Source of the DNA: an uncultured Gemmatimonadales bacterium
Lineage (GTDB): Bacteria > Gemmatimonadota > Gemmatimonadetes > Gemmatimonadales > GWC2-71-9
Length of the DNA stretch: 64,000 nt
Reading direction: 5' to 3'
Assembly (NCBI GenBank): GCA_963695555.1
Contig: CAVOGR010000007.1
Coordinates: forward strand, 704,001-768,000
A program made the position numbers and the translations under genes. Under the pieces are notes generated by a model, which made no database searches, was not told where the DNA came from, and saw nothing but the letters and a program-made list of their open reading frames with translations. Shown piece by piece: positions 21,042 through 30,837 of the stretch (the first letter of the stretch is position 1; every line of letters begins with the position of its first letter).

Positions 21042-21908
21042 ATGAAGCGTGACACGCCTCGGACCCTGATGCGACACCTCCGCGGGGTCAACCTCTTCGA
21101 GCGCCGTTTTGGAAGCGGTCCTCCCACCGTCGTCCTTCATGGCGGACCAGGCGCACACCATGACTATCTCCTCCCTGCCATGGACGCCCTGGATCGCGGT
21201 CGGACCTTGGTGTATTACGACCAGCGCGGCGGCGGCCGGTCGCCGGTCGACCGGCCGGTCCCGGTAGGCTGGCGCGAACATGTGGCCGACCTCGAGGCCC
21301 TGCGCGTCCAGTGGCGCCTCGATCGCCTGACACTCCTCGGGTATTCCTGGGGTGGCCTGCTCGCGCTGCTCTACGCCACCGAATTCCCGACCCACGTCGC
21401 CAAGCTTGCACTGGTCTCACCGGCCCCTGCGTGGCACACGGCGCGCGATGAATTCGAGCGACGTTTCGCCGAGCGGAACACGGCCCCGGCACTCGAGGCA
21501 GAACGCCGGACGCTCCGCGAGTCCGGCCTCCGCGAGCAAGACCCGGATGCCTATCGCCAGCGACTGTTCGAGCTATCCGTGACGGCCTACTTCTACGACC
21601 CGACCCGGGTGCGCCAGCTCACGCCTTTTCGCGTCACCGGACGCACCCAGAGCGAGGTGTGGGACAGCCTCGGCGACTTCGACCTCCGACCATCCCTTCG
21701 CCGGTTGGATATCCCGGCCGTCGTGCTTCACGGCGACCACGACGTGATTCCGGTCGAAGCGTCCCGCCAGCTGGCGGACGCGTTCGACGCACCGTTTCAT
21801 CTGCTGCCCAACTGCGGGCACGTTCCCTACATCGAGGCCTTCGACCAGTTCGTCGTCGTCCTGGATGACTTCCTACCCCGAGCTGATCCCCAGCACGCAT
21901 CCCGATGA
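21042..21908 (+). CDS. Alpha/beta hydrolase (proline iminopeptidase-like)
   Basis: LHGGPG, YDQRGGG, GYSWGG nucleophile elbow, GDHD, CGHVP. Confidence 0.88.
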   Translation: MKRDTPRTLMRHLRGVNLFERRFGSGPPTVVLHGGPGAHHDYLLPAMDALDRGRTLVYYDQRGGGRSPVDRPVPVGWREHVADLEALRVQWRLDRLTLLGYSWGGLLALLYATEFPTHVAKLALVSPAPAWHTARDEFERRFAERNTAPALEAERRTLRESGLREQDPDAYRQRLFELSVTAYFYDPTRVRQLTPFRVTGRTQSEVWDSLGDFDLRPSLRRLDIPAVVLHGDHDVIPVEASRQLADAFDAPFHLLPNCGHVPYIEAFDQFVVVLDDFLPRADPQHASR

Positions 21909-22600
21909 TGCCGCGACCGACACCCTTCGATCTGATCTTCGGTGAACTGGCCGACGACCGATTCCCCCAGATTCGGGCTGGCCTCGAGCGCGCGGGACTG
22001 GCCGGCGCAAACCGAGACTCGTTTCTTCTCAACCAAGAGGTTGTCACTTTCCTCCGCGACCTGCGGCCCGAGGGAGGATTGGGAGAGGCCATCGACCAAT
22101 TGGTGGCGTTGGTGCACCAGTCATACCTCCTGTGGGAATCCGGCCGTTGGATCCTTCGGATCTCGCCCACCCGGGCCAGAACGATCCTGAGCGAGGCACC
22201 GATTGCCGAGGAAGGCGTCGACCCTCCCACTCCATACTACCTGCAGTGGCCCGAACGGATGTTGTGGGCCCAGGTGACGCCGGATGAGCCGCATGAACCG
22301 CTGGACGGGTGGTTCGTCGCGCCCGAAGGCGAGGCGCTGCGGGTGCTGGGAATCTTCGGTTTGCATCCCGACCGCATGGGGTTCACCGTGGTCGAGGTCG
22401 CCGGCCCGAGGCCCGGCGCGCTGGCTCGCGCCGATGGCACACCGCTGTTCGCGTCGGTGCTTCCCGCCGGCCGCGATGCCGGCCTTCATTCGTTGGTCGG
22501 GACGGAGGAATTGCTCGAGCTGGCGTGGCGAACCCACGCGATCATCAGCGCCCGAACCAGACCAACCCGCACGACCCACGAGCCCGTGGACGTTCCATGA
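21905..22600 (+). CDS. Hypothetical protein
   Basis: 231-aa ORF coupled to the upstream gene, natural amino-acid composition, no recognised motif. Confidence 0.7.
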   Translation: MMPRPTPFDLIFGELADDRFPQIRAGLERAGLAGANRDSFLLNQEVVTFLRDLRPEGGLGEAIDQLVALVHQSYLLWESGRWILRISPTRARTILSEAPIAEEGVDPPTPYYLQWPERMLWAQVTPDEPHEPLDGWFVAPEGEALRVLGIFGLHPDRMGFTVVEVAGPRPGALARADGTPLFASVLPAGRDAGLHSLVGTEELLELAWRTHAIISARTRPTRTTHEPVDVP

Positions 22601-22619
22601 GCCGTGACCGGAGAACCGC

Positions 22620-23333
22620 ATGACGCGTCGGAAGACACCACCCAAGCGAACGGCCAAGCAGGCGACCAAAACACGGTTGAAGTCGGTCACACCGAAGGCG
22701 GCCGAACCGAGGGCACGGGCAAAGGTGGTGCTGCGGCGTCTCAAGAAGGCCTACCCCGACGCCCACTGCGCGCTCGGCCACGCCGACGCCTACCAGCTGT
22801 TGGTCGCGACCATTCTCTCGGCTCAATGCACCGACGCCAGGGTCAACATGGTGACCCCGACCCTTTTTGCCCGCTACCCGACAGCGGGAGCGTTGGCCCA
22901 AGCAGCGCAGCCCGAGCTCGAGAACATCATTCGGTCGACCGGCTTTTTCCGCAGCAAATCCAAGAATCTGATCGGGATGGCCCAGGCCCTGATCGCGGAC
23001 CACCAGGGCGAGGTGCCCCAAACGATGGCCGCCCTCGAGGCGCTGCCCGGCGTCGGACGGAAGACGGCCAACGTGGTGTTGGGTAATGCATTCGGCATCG
23101 ACGAGGGTGTCGTGGTCGACACCCACGTTACTCGGTTGGCCCGGTTGCTCGAGCTGACCCGGGCAAAGGAGGCTCCCAAGATCGAACAGGACCTGATGGC
23201 GCTCTTTCCGCGGAAGGACTGGACGTTGCTGGCCCATCTCCTCATCTCACACGGCCGACAGGTGTGCATCGCGCGCCGTCCTAAGTGCGACGCATGCGTC
23301 TTGGCAGACGTGTGCCCCTCGGCGACATTCTGA
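22620..23333 (+). CDS. nth: Endonuclease III
   Basis: LSAQCTD, Hh[18 protein letters not shown], 4Fe-4S motif [17 protein letters not shown]. Confidence 0.96.
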   Translation: MTRRKTPPKRTAKQATKTRLKSVTPKAAEPRARAKVVLRRLKKAYPDAHCALGHADAYQLLVATILSAQCTDARVNMVTPTLFARYPTAGALAQAAQPELENIIRSTGFFRSKSKNLIGMAQALIADHQGEVPQTMAALEALPGVGRKTANVVLGNAFGIDEGVVVDTHVTRLARLLELTRAKEAPKIEQDLMALFPRKDWTLLAHLLISHGRQVCIARRPKCDACVLADVCPSATF

Positions 23334-23335
23334 GC

Positions 23336-25411
23336 ATGAGCCGGAATCGCCTGGGCACGTCGTCGTCGTCATATCTGCAATCCGCGGCCCACCAACCAAT
23401 CCACTGGCACAGCTGGGGCCTCGACGCGTTCGACACGGCACGGCAACTCGACCGCCCGGTGTTGCTCGACATCGGCGCGGCGTGGTGTCACTGGTGCCAC
23501 GTCATGGACCGGGAGTCGTATGATGATGCCGACCTGGCGGGCTACCTCAACCAGCACTTCGTGTGCATCAAGGTCGATCGCGACGAGCGGCCCGACGTCG
23601 ATACCCGCTATCAGCGCGCCGTCCAGGCGCTGTCGGGACAGGGAGGGTGGCCGCTGACGGCGTTTCTCACCCCTGAGGGTGAGGTGTTTTACGGAGGCAC
23701 CTACTTTCCGCCGGACGGCCGATACGGCCGGCCGGGGTTCCGATCGATCCTGTCCCGAGTGCTCGAGGTCTATCGAACCCACCGACAGCAGGTACACGAC
23801 CAGGCTGAAGCGCTCCGCCAGCTGGTCGAAGAGCACCTCGACGAAGCCAAGCCGGGTGAGGTGGCCGCGGACCTGGTCGACGAGGCTGTGGCCCAGATCG
23901 ACCGGGCCTTTGATGCTCAGTATGGCGGCTTCGGGCGCGAGCCAAAGTTCCCGCACCCGAGCGCCGTTCGTCTCCTCCTTACCCGTTGGTACGACACCGG
24001 CACGCCCCGGCTGCGCGAGATCGTTGAAACGACGCTCACGCGCATGGGGCGCGGCGGGATGTACGATCAGCTGGGCGGCGGATTTCATCGCTATAGCGTC
24101 GACCGCCGATGGATCGTGCCGCACTTCGAGAAGATGAGTTATGACAATGCGGAGCTGCTCCGCGCATACCTCGATGCATTCATCGCGTTCGGCAGCGAAG
24201 AATACGCCGAGGTCGCACGGGGGATCGTCCATTGGGTACGCAACGTGGCATCCGACCCGGCCGGAGGATACGCAGCCAGTCAGGACGCGGACGTCGGCCT
24301 CGATGACGATGGCGATTACTTCACGTGGACCCGCGAGGAGGCGGCAGCGGCCCTAACGTCCGATGAATTCGACGTAGCGGCGGCCTTTTACGACATCGGA
24401 ACGGCCGGAGAGATGCAGCACAACCCCGGCAAGAACGTGCTGTTCGTCGCCCTGTCCGTCGATACGATTGCGCGAGCCCAAGGCCGGACCGCCGAGGACA
24501 CGGCCCGCTTGCTCCACTCGGCCCAGGAGAAGCTCCGCCAGGCACGGAATGAGCGACCGGCGCCATTGGTCGATCGGACCCGGTACACCAACTGGAATGC
24601 GATGATGGCGGGAGCGATGCTCCAGGCCGGCGTGGTTTTGGATGACGACTGGGCGCGCGATTCCGCGCTCACAACCTTGGAGCGCATACGGCTGGATAAC
24701 GCTGACGGCAACACCGTGGCTCACAAGCCGGGCGGCGGCGAGCAGTTCCTCGATGATCAGGTGCAGGTGGCCGGCGCGGCCCTCGATGCCTTCGAAGTCA
24801 CCGGCGACGACCGGTGGCTCGCCTGGGCCCGTGCCGTGATGGACCGTGTCTGGGACCGCTACTGGGACCAAACCGGAGGCGGGCTATTCGATGTCGCGGC
24901 CGACGTTACCGGCGAAGGCCTGCTCCCGGCACGTGCCAAGTCGATTCAGGACACGCCGACTCCGTCCTCCAACGGGATGGCCGGCATCGTCTGGTCACGT
25001 CTCGACGAACTCACCCACGAGCAGCGACATCGCGACCGCCGGGACGCCGTGTTGCGCGCATTTGCCGGCACCGCCCCCGGCCTCGGCATCCACGGCGCCA
25101 CCTATTTCCTCGCCCTCGACCGTGCCCTTCATTCTCCGACACATTTGGTGATCGTCGGGAGGGACAACGACCAAGTGGCGAACCAGATGATGAAGTCCGC
25201 CCTCCGGGCGGCCGTCCCGCGGCGGACGGTGCGGCGCCTCTGTCCGGGCGGACCGTCGGAAGTACTGCCTCCACCGATCAGGGCTATGCTGGATACCAAC
25301 GCCTCCGCTCGCGCCTACGCCTGTCGCGGCACGCATTGCCTGCCGCCAGCCGAGACCGTCGAACGCTGGGAAGAGACGCTCGCGCAGCTTGCGGAGAACC
25401 CGGAGACCTAG
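23336..25411 (+). CDS. Thioredoxin domain-containing YyaL/SSP411 family protein
   Basis: NRL...SYLQ, WCHWCHVM, KVDRDERPDVD, GGWPLT, GGGFHRYSVD, PHFEKM; start placed at MSRNRL. Confidence 0.93.
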   Translation: MSRNRLGTSSSSYLQSAAHQPIHWHSWGLDAFDTARQLDRPVLLDIGAAWCHWCHVMDRESYDDADLAGYLNQHFVCIKVDRDERPDVDTRYQRAVQALSGQGGWPLTAFLTPEGEVFYGGTYFPPDGRYGRPGFRSILSRVLEVYRTHRQQVHDQAEALRQLVEEHLDEAKPGEVAADLVDEAVAQIDRAFDAQYGGFGREPKFPHPSAVRLLLTRWYDTGTPRLREIVETTLTRMGRGGMYDQLGGGFHRYSVDRRWIVPHFEKMSYDNAELLRAYLDAFIAFGSEEYAEVARGIVHWVRNVASDPAGGYAASQDADVGLDDDGDYFTWTREEAAAALTSDEFDVAAAFYDIGTAGEMQHNPGKNVLFVALSVDTIARAQGRTAEDTARLLHSAQEKLRQARNERPAPLVDRTRYTNWNAMMAGAMLQAGVVLDDDWARDSALTTLERIRLDNADGNTVAHKPGGGEQFLDDQVQVAGAALDAFEVTGDDRWLAWARAVMDRVWDRYWDQTGGGLFDVAADVTGEGLLPARAKSIQDTPTPSSNGMAGIVWSRLDELTHEQRHRDRRDAVLRAFAGTAPGLGIHGATYFLALDRALHSPTHLVIVGRDNDQVANQMMKSALRAAVPRRTVRRLCPGGPSEVLPPPIRAMLDTNASARAYACRGTHCLPPAETVERWEETLAQLAENPET

Positions 25412-25435
25412 TCGGTCTTAGGAAGGATTGTTGAC

Positions 25436-25852
25436 ATGCACATCGATTTTGCCGTCCTGGCCGACTACGCCCTGATCGACCAACGCAGCAAACTCTCGGT
25501 CCTCGGCATCTTCCAGCATGTGTGGGTGGCTCAATTCCCCGCCGTCCATCCGAGGACGCATTTGGTACTGCGGGTCCGCGGCCGGCGCACGGAAATCGGC
25601 AGTCACCCGATTCGCATCCGCTTCGTCGACGCCACGGGGAAGGAACTGCTTGGCGGCTCCGGCACGGTGGAGTTCGGTGAGCCGCCAGCGGGGGTGACGG
25701 AATTGGAGGCCGGTGCGGTGCTGGTTTTCGATGTCCCACTCCCGGCGCCGGGATCGTACGCATTCGAGATCACCCTCGACCAACGGGAGGCTGTCCAGGT
25801 TCCCCTCACGGCCGGCCTGGCCAAGACTCCCGAGCGACCTCCAGCCCAATGA
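25436..25852 (+). CDS. Hypothetical beta-sandwich protein (DUF6941-like)
   Basis: FAVLADYA...KLSVLGIF...PGSYAFEI pattern. Confidence 0.7.
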   Translation: MHIDFAVLADYALIDQRSKLSVLGIFQHVWVAQFPAVHPRTHLVLRVRGRRTEIGSHPIRIRFVDATGKELLGGSGTVEFGEPPAGVTELEAGAVLVFDVPLPAPGSYAFEITLDQREAVQVPLTAGLAKTPERPPAQ

Positions 25853-25863
25853 GAGGAGCACCC

Positions 25864-26445
25864 ATGGAGTGGACCCGAGAACGAGCACTCGGCATCATGC
25901 ACGAATACACCGCCTCCGAGGCGCTGCGCCGCCACATGTACGCTGTTGAGATTGCCATGCGCGCCATGGCGGCTCGAACGGGAGCGGATGAGGATGTGTG
26001 GGGAATCGTCGGCCTGCTTCATGACTTCGACTACGAACGATTCCCCAATGAGGGCCACTCACCGACCGAGGAGCACCCGAGCGAGGGCGTGCGGATTCTG
26101 ATCGCTCAGGGATTCCCGGAAGAGTGGGGACAGGCAATCCTAGGACATGCCACCTACACGGGCGTCCCTCGGACGACGCCCATGGCCAAGGCGCTCTTCG
26201 GAGTGGACGAATTGGCAGGCTTTCTCGTCGCCTGTGCCTTGGTTCGGCCGTCGCGCAGTTTGCAGGACCTGGGCGTCAAGAGCGTCAAGAAGAAACTCAA
26301 GGACAAGGCCTTCGCGCGCGGGGTGAGCCGTGAGGACGTCATCCAAGGCTCGGAGGAGCTCGGAGTGCTGCTGGACGAGCACGTGGATTTCGTGCTCGAT
26401 GCCTTGCGGCCGCACGAGGGCATTATCGGACTCGGGCCACCGTGA
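25864..26445 (+). CDS. HD/HDIG-domain hydrolase
   Basis: LRRHMYAV, LLHDFDYE, DELAGF, KKKLKDKAFARGVSR. Confidence 0.88.
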   Translation: MEWTRERALGIMHEYTASEALRRHMYAVEIAMRAMAARTGADEDVWGIVGLLHDFDYERFPNEGHSPTEEHPSEGVRILIAQGFPEEWGQAILGHATYTGVPRTTPMAKALFGVDELAGFLVACALVRPSRSLQDLGVKSVKKKLKDKAFARGVSREDVIQGSEELGVLLDEHVDFVLDALRPHEGIIGLGPP

Positions 26446-27839
26446 TCGACACCGGCTCGCTCGCTCGCTCGGGCGTGAGCTTGCAACGAGTCATGACGCG
26501 AACAGCCCGATCACGCCCGGTTCCAGGCAACGCGGTGCGCATGCTGCTGGACGCGGGCGCGCTCGACGCCATGCTCGACTTGATCGCGAGTGCAGAGCGA
26601 TGGCTCCACTTCGAGAACTACATCATCCGGAGCGATGAGACCGGGTGGCGCTTTGCCGAGGCCTGGATAGCCGCAGCTCGGCGTGGTGTTCGGGTCCGGG
26701 TGCTGTACGACTGGCTCGGCTCCCGAGGCACGTCGAGGCAGTTCTGGCGCACCCTCCGCGCAGCCGGTATCGAAGTGCGGAGCTTCAATCCGCCCAGGCC
26801 CTTCGACCTGGTAGCCAATTTCACGCGCGACCATCGCAAGCTGGCCGTCGCAGACGGCGTCATGGCCGTTGTCGGCGGTATGTGTGTGGGCAACGAATGG
26901 GCCGGCGATATTTCGCAGAACGTCCACCCCTGGCGTGACACCGCCGTCGAAGTCTCGGGCCCGGCCGCAACGGCGCTGGGCCAAACCTTCGCCGCCATGT
27001 GGACCGAAGCTCGGGGCCAGCTCCCGGTCGAGGAACGCGCGACCGATGTGCCAGCCGCCGGCGACGCAGCGGTGCAAGTGATCGGCGGCCGACCCGGACG
27101 CGGCCGGTTCTTCCGCATGCTCGAGCTGCTGGCGGCGGGAAGTTCGGAGCGGCTCTGGATCACGGATGCGTACTTCGTGGCCCCTCGCCGACTTTCCCGG
27201 GTGTTCATCGATGCGGCGCACGAGGGGGTGGACGTCCGTTTGCTGGTGCCGAGTTCAAGTGACATTCCCATCGTCAGGAATCTCACCCGAATCGGGTATC
27301 GCGACCTCCTGCGTGCCGGCGTGCGAATCTACGAGTGGGATGGCCCCATGCTGCACGCGAAGGCGCTGGTCGTGGACGGACGGTGGACCCGCATTGGTTC
27401 GAGCAATCTCAACGCGTCCAGTCTGCTCGGGAACTATGAACTGGACGTGTTTGTCGACGATCGATCCTTCGCCGAGGAGGCAGAGCGCCGGTTCCGGAGG
27501 GACATCGCGCGAAGCGCGGAGATACGTCACCTCCCTCCCCACGTCCCGGCCGGCCTACAGCAGGTATTGCCGGGACCGCTCGACCGGGATGCACCCGAAG
27601 TCGCGAGCGGCGTCCACCACCGAACGGGCCGAGAGCGGCGGCGACAAGCCGTGGTCGCGCTTCGGACTGTGGCGGCCGGTGCGCGGCGCTCGTTCTTCGG
27701 GCCCATGAGCATTGGCTTCGTGTTCCTGGGTGTGGTCTTCTTCCTGCTGCCGCGCGTCTCCGCTTACGTGTCCGGGGGCGTCCTCCTGTGGCTGGCCATC
27801 GGTGCCGGCCTCGAGGCCTTCCGGCGACGCTCTCAATAA
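26442..27839 (+). CDS. Phospholipase D family protein (cardiolipin synthase-like)
   Basis: Two HKD motifs (HRKLAVAD, HAKALVVD...GSSNLN), WRDT, YFVA; C-terminal hydrophobic helices. Confidence 0.9.
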   Translation: MIDTGSLARSGVSLQRVMTRTARSRPVPGNAVRMLLDAGALDAMLDLIASAERWLHFENYIIRSDETGWRFAEAWIAAARRGVRVRVLYDWLGSRGTSRQFWRTLRAAGIEVRSFNPPRPFDLVANFTRDHRKLAVADGVMAVVGGMCVGNEWAGDISQNVHPWRDTAVEVSGPAATALGQTFAAMWTEARGQLPVEERATDVPAAGDAAVQVIGGRPGRGRFFRMLELLAAGSSERLWITDAYFVAPRRLSRVFIDAAHEGVDVRLLVPSSSDIPIVRNLTRIGYRDLLRAGVRIYEWDGPMLHAKALVVDGRWTRIGSSNLNASSLLGNYELDVFVDDRSFAEEAERRFRRDIARSAEIRHLPPHVPAGLQQVLPGPLDRDAPEVASGVHHRTGRERRRQAVVALRTVAAGARRSFFGPMSIGFVFLGVVFFLLPRVSAYVSGGVLLWLAIGAGLEAFRRRSQ

Positions 27840-27905
27840 GCCGCCAACCCCTGCAGGCACCAGCCGCGCACCGCGGTTACCTGGGTGTCAGATCCGAGGC
27901 CCGCG

Positions 27906-29135
27906 ATGAATCGCACTTGGCTATTCCCCGGCTTGTTTGCACTGCTGGTCCTCCTTCCGACCACCGGTCGCGCGCAGGATGTCAGTGAACTCCACGCCAC
28001 ATTCTCCCTACGGCTCGAGGCCCTCCGACAAGACCTGATCGACCTTCGGCGCGACTTGCACCGGAATCCGGAGCTTTCAGGCAAGGAAGAGCGAACCGCC
28101 GGTATCGTGGCGGATCGGCTCCGGAAGCTCGGCATCACCGTCCGAACCGGCGTCGGTGGCCATGGCGTGGTCGGCCTGTTGGAGGGGTCCGAGCCCGGGC
28201 CGGTGGTGGCATTCCGTGCCGACATGGATGCCGTTGCCTCCAACGCACCCGATCCGGTCGAGTTTCGCTCCCTCAGACCAGGCGTCCGGCACATCTGTGG
28301 CCATGACATTCACACCACAATCGGACTGGCGCTGGCCGAGGGATTTGCCGCCGTGCGGGATCAACTTCACGGCTCAATCATGTTCATTTTCCAGCCCGCG
28401 GAGGAGCGCGCAAGCGGCGCCCGTGCGATGCTGGCCGACAACGTCTTTCGACCCGAGCAGCCCGATGCCATCTTCGCCTACCACACGGCGCCGTTCGAGG
28501 TTGGGCAGCTGGCCACCGCGTCCGAGACCCTGATGGCGTGGCGCGACCGGGTTAGCGTGACACTATCCGGACGCGGTGATGTGGCGGGTGCCGCCTCCGA
28601 GGTCTACAGCCGCATCCGGGACGTGGGGACCGTGCCGCCGGAGCGGGCGGCGGAATCGGCCCCGTACGATGCCCTGCTCGTGCGAGTGGGGCGTCCACGC
28701 CAGACGAATGACGACACCGTTGTCGTTGCCGCCGTCATCAGCTCGGCGAACACCGGCGCACGGGAATTAGTCGAGACCCAGCTAGCCGATCTGGATTTCG
28801 ACGATGTCACCATCGAGGTCCGTTACGAAGAAAAATGGGTGGCGGGCGTCACCAATGATCCGGACCTGGTCCGCCAGGCCCAGGCGAGCGTGGCGTCGGT
28901 CGTGGGCCCGGACGGCGTGAGGATGCTCACCAGCGTAAACCCGGCCTTCAGCGAGGACTTCGGATCATTCCAGCAGCAAGTGCCGGGCGTCATGTTCTTT
29001 CTTGGCGTGTCCAATTCCGCACAGGGCTGGGTCGGCATGCCGCACACACCGGACTACGTGGCCGATGAGGAGAGCATCTTCGTTGGAGCGCGCGCCATGA
29101 GCGCGGTATTGCTGGATTTCCTCGACCGACGCTGA
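27906..29135 (+). CDS. Secreted M20D family amidohydrolase
   Basis: Signal peptide; RRDLHRNPELS, RADMDA, HICGHD, FQPAEE, SEDFG. Confidence 0.9.
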   Translation: MNRTWLFPGLFALLVLLPTTGRAQDVSELHATFSLRLEALRQDLIDLRRDLHRNPELSGKEERTAGIVADRLRKLGITVRTGVGGHGVVGLLEGSEPGPVVAFRADMDAVASNAPDPVEFRSLRPGVRHICGHDIHTTIGLALAEGFAAVRDQLHGSIMFIFQPAEERASGARAMLADNVFRPEQPDAIFAYHTAPFEVGQLATASETLMAWRDRVSVTLSGRGDVAGAASEVYSRIRDVGTVPPERAAESAPYDALLVRVGRPRQTNDDTVVVAAVISSANTGARELVETQLADLDFDDVTIEVRYEEKWVAGVTNDPDLVRQAQASVASVVGPDGVRMLTSVNPAFSEDFGSFQQQVPGVMFFLGVSNSAQGWVGMPHTPDYVADEESIFVGARAMSAVLLDFLDRR

Positions 29136-29221
29136 CATCACGCCCCGCCGCGTCGGGGTCGGCTTCCGAGCGGCCCGGCTACGTCGCACCCCGACCCATA
29201 GGCACCGCCTACCCGGCGGAG

Positions 29222-29644
29222 CTAGGGACTTCCCTGAGGGCGGCGCCCGCCCCGCTGTGAGCGAAATCGCTCCTGCAGTCGAGCCCGCAGCGCGTGATAC
29301 CGCTCCATCTGCTCCTGGGTGAGCACCAGTTCCAGCTGTTCGTCCATCTCCGCACGAACGGCTTCCATTTCAGTCCTCATGGCCTGAAACCCATCGCGGT
29401 TCTGCTGACCCCGGGACTTGGCCATGATCTCTTGACGCCGCTCGGCGCCCGCCTTGAAGATGCCCCTGACTGCCCTGACCTGCTCATCCGTCAGGCCCTG
29501 CGTCCGCAACGAGTCCGTGATTTCCTCATCCATCCGTCCCAAGGCGTTGCCTGGACCATCTTGCCGTCCCTGAGCGCCGGCCGTCGTCAGGGGCAGCGCC
29601 ATGAGCGCCAAGGCGGCCGCCACTCGAAATCTCGAAATTCTCAT
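29222..29644 (-). CDS. Secreted helical protein (Spy/CpxP/LTxxQ-like)
   Basis: MRISRFRVAAALALMALPLTTAGA signal; GLTDEQ and VLTQEQ motifs; RG-rich tail; GAAAGG/AGGA upstream. Confidence 0.75.
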   Translation of the reverse strand: MRISRFRVAAALALMALPLTTAGAQGRQDGPGNALGRMDEEITDSLRTQGLTDEQVRAVRGIFKAGAERRQEIMAKSRGQQNRDGFQAMRTEMEAVRAEMDEQLELVLTQEQMERYHALRARLQERFRSQRGGRRPQGSP

Positions 29645-29727
29645 TGGATTCCTGCCTTTCAGCGGGTGCATCGACATCTCGACATGGGTCTTCCAATACC
29701 CTGACAGCTGACCGTCCATGTTCTGAG

Positions 29728-29754
29728 TACGGCCACCACCCCGGAGTCGTTGAG
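29728..29754 (-). promoter_or_regulatory. Putative ECF-sigma promoter CTCAAC-N17-CGTA for the divergent Spy-like gene
   Basis: Minus strand reads CTCAAC gactccggggtggtggc CGTA; same boxes and spacing as the + strand motif at 29796. Confidence 0.7.
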
Positions 29755-29795
29755 GCTCCGGTGCCGGCCGGGGCCAGACCCCATTCTGCCACCGG

Positions 29796-29822
29796 CTCAA
29801 CATTCCCCCCGGGGAGAGCGTA
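29796..29822 (+). promoter_or_regulatory. Putative autoregulatory ECF-sigma promoter CTCAAC-N17-CGTA
   Basis: CTCAAC attccccccggggagag CGTA, 8 nt before ATG 29831; fits the AAC/CGT ECF consensus. Confidence 0.72.
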
Positions 29823-29830
29823 GGGGTAGT

Positions 29831-30460
29831 ATGGGGTATGCCGAACTCGTGCTTCCCGGACCACCGCTGGTAGTGGCCACTGATTCCAGGCCCAACGCCC
29901 ACCCACACGAGGCCAGTGGGGAGGAGGGGGTCTATGCGGTCCGCGCCCAGGCCGGCGACGCCGATGCGTTCGGGCTCCTGGTCCAGCGCTACGCCGCCGT
30001 GGCCCGCCGGGTGGCGCGGGTCATCCTGCAGGACCCGGATGATGCCGACGACGCGGCCCAGGACGCCTTCTTGGCGGCATGGCGCAAGATCGACCAGTAC
30101 GATCCACGACGCCGTTTCCGGCCCTGGTTCATGAAGATCGTGACAAACACTGCGCGCGATCTCCGGCGGGCCCGGCGGGTCCGGGAGACGGGGCCGCTCC
30201 TGCCTGACGTGCCGAGCGAGGGGCCCACGCCGGCCCAGAAGGCAGACAACTCGATCATCGGGGAGCAGATCGAGCGGGCGCTCGCGGATCTTCCCGAACG
30301 GCAGCGGGTGGCGGTCATCATGTTCGATGTGGAGGGTTATCCGCACGCCGACATCGCGGAAATCCTCGGGGTCCCACAGGGTACGGTGCGATCGCTGGTC
30401 TTTCACGGACGGCGTGCGCTGCGGAAGGCATTATCTCCCATTGTCGGGGATTTGAAATGA
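29831..30460 (+). CDS. ECF RNA polymerase sigma factor
   Basis: Region 2: DADDAAQDAFLAAW...FRPWFMKIVTN; region 4: LPERQRVAVIMFDVEGYPHADIAEILGVPQGTVRS. Start uncertain. Confidence 0.92.
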   Translation: MGYAELVLPGPPLVVATDSRPNAHPHEASGEEGVYAVRAQAGDADAFGLLVQRYAAVARRVARVILQDPDDADDAAQDAFLAAWRKIDQYDPRRRFRPWFMKIVTNTARDLRRARRVRETGPLLPDVPSEGPTPAQKADNSIIGEQIERALADLPERQRVAVIMFDVEGYPHADIAEILGVPQGTVRSLVFHGRRALRKALSPIVGDLK

Positions 30461-30837
30461 CAGACCGAAATGACTTTGACGGGAGTCCGGACCGGGCGCT
30501 GGGTGAGCTGCTGCGACAGCACCTGACCCCTCCCGATGAGGCCGGGTTCGCGGCTCGGGTGATGGAGCGGATCTGGCTGACACCGCGAGACTCGAGTTGG
30601 GACGTGCTCGCACAGTGGACACCCAGAGGCCTCGCGGTTGCGGCCGTCATGCTGTTCGCGATAGGGCTGGGGTTCGTCGCGGCAACGAGCCGCGACAATG
30701 CGACTCCCGAGGCGCAGTCGATTGCCACCGGCTCTCCCACCGAGATCCTCGCGGTTCCCGAACCGCTGAGCGATGAACAGATCTTGACGGTGGTGTTGGA
30801 GGGCGGGGTGCGGCAGGACCAAGGAGACAGGCAATGA
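30457..30837 (+). CDS. Putative single-TM anti-sigma factor
   Basis: Overlaps the sigma stop (ATGA); P...FAARVMERI followed by one TM segment. Confidence 0.65.
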   Translation: MTDRNDFDGSPDRALGELLRQHLTPPDEAGFAARVMERIWLTPRDSSWDVLAQWTPRGLAVAAVMLFAIGLGFVAATSRDNATPEAQSIATGSPTEILAVPEPLSDEQILTVVLEGGVRQDQGDRQ

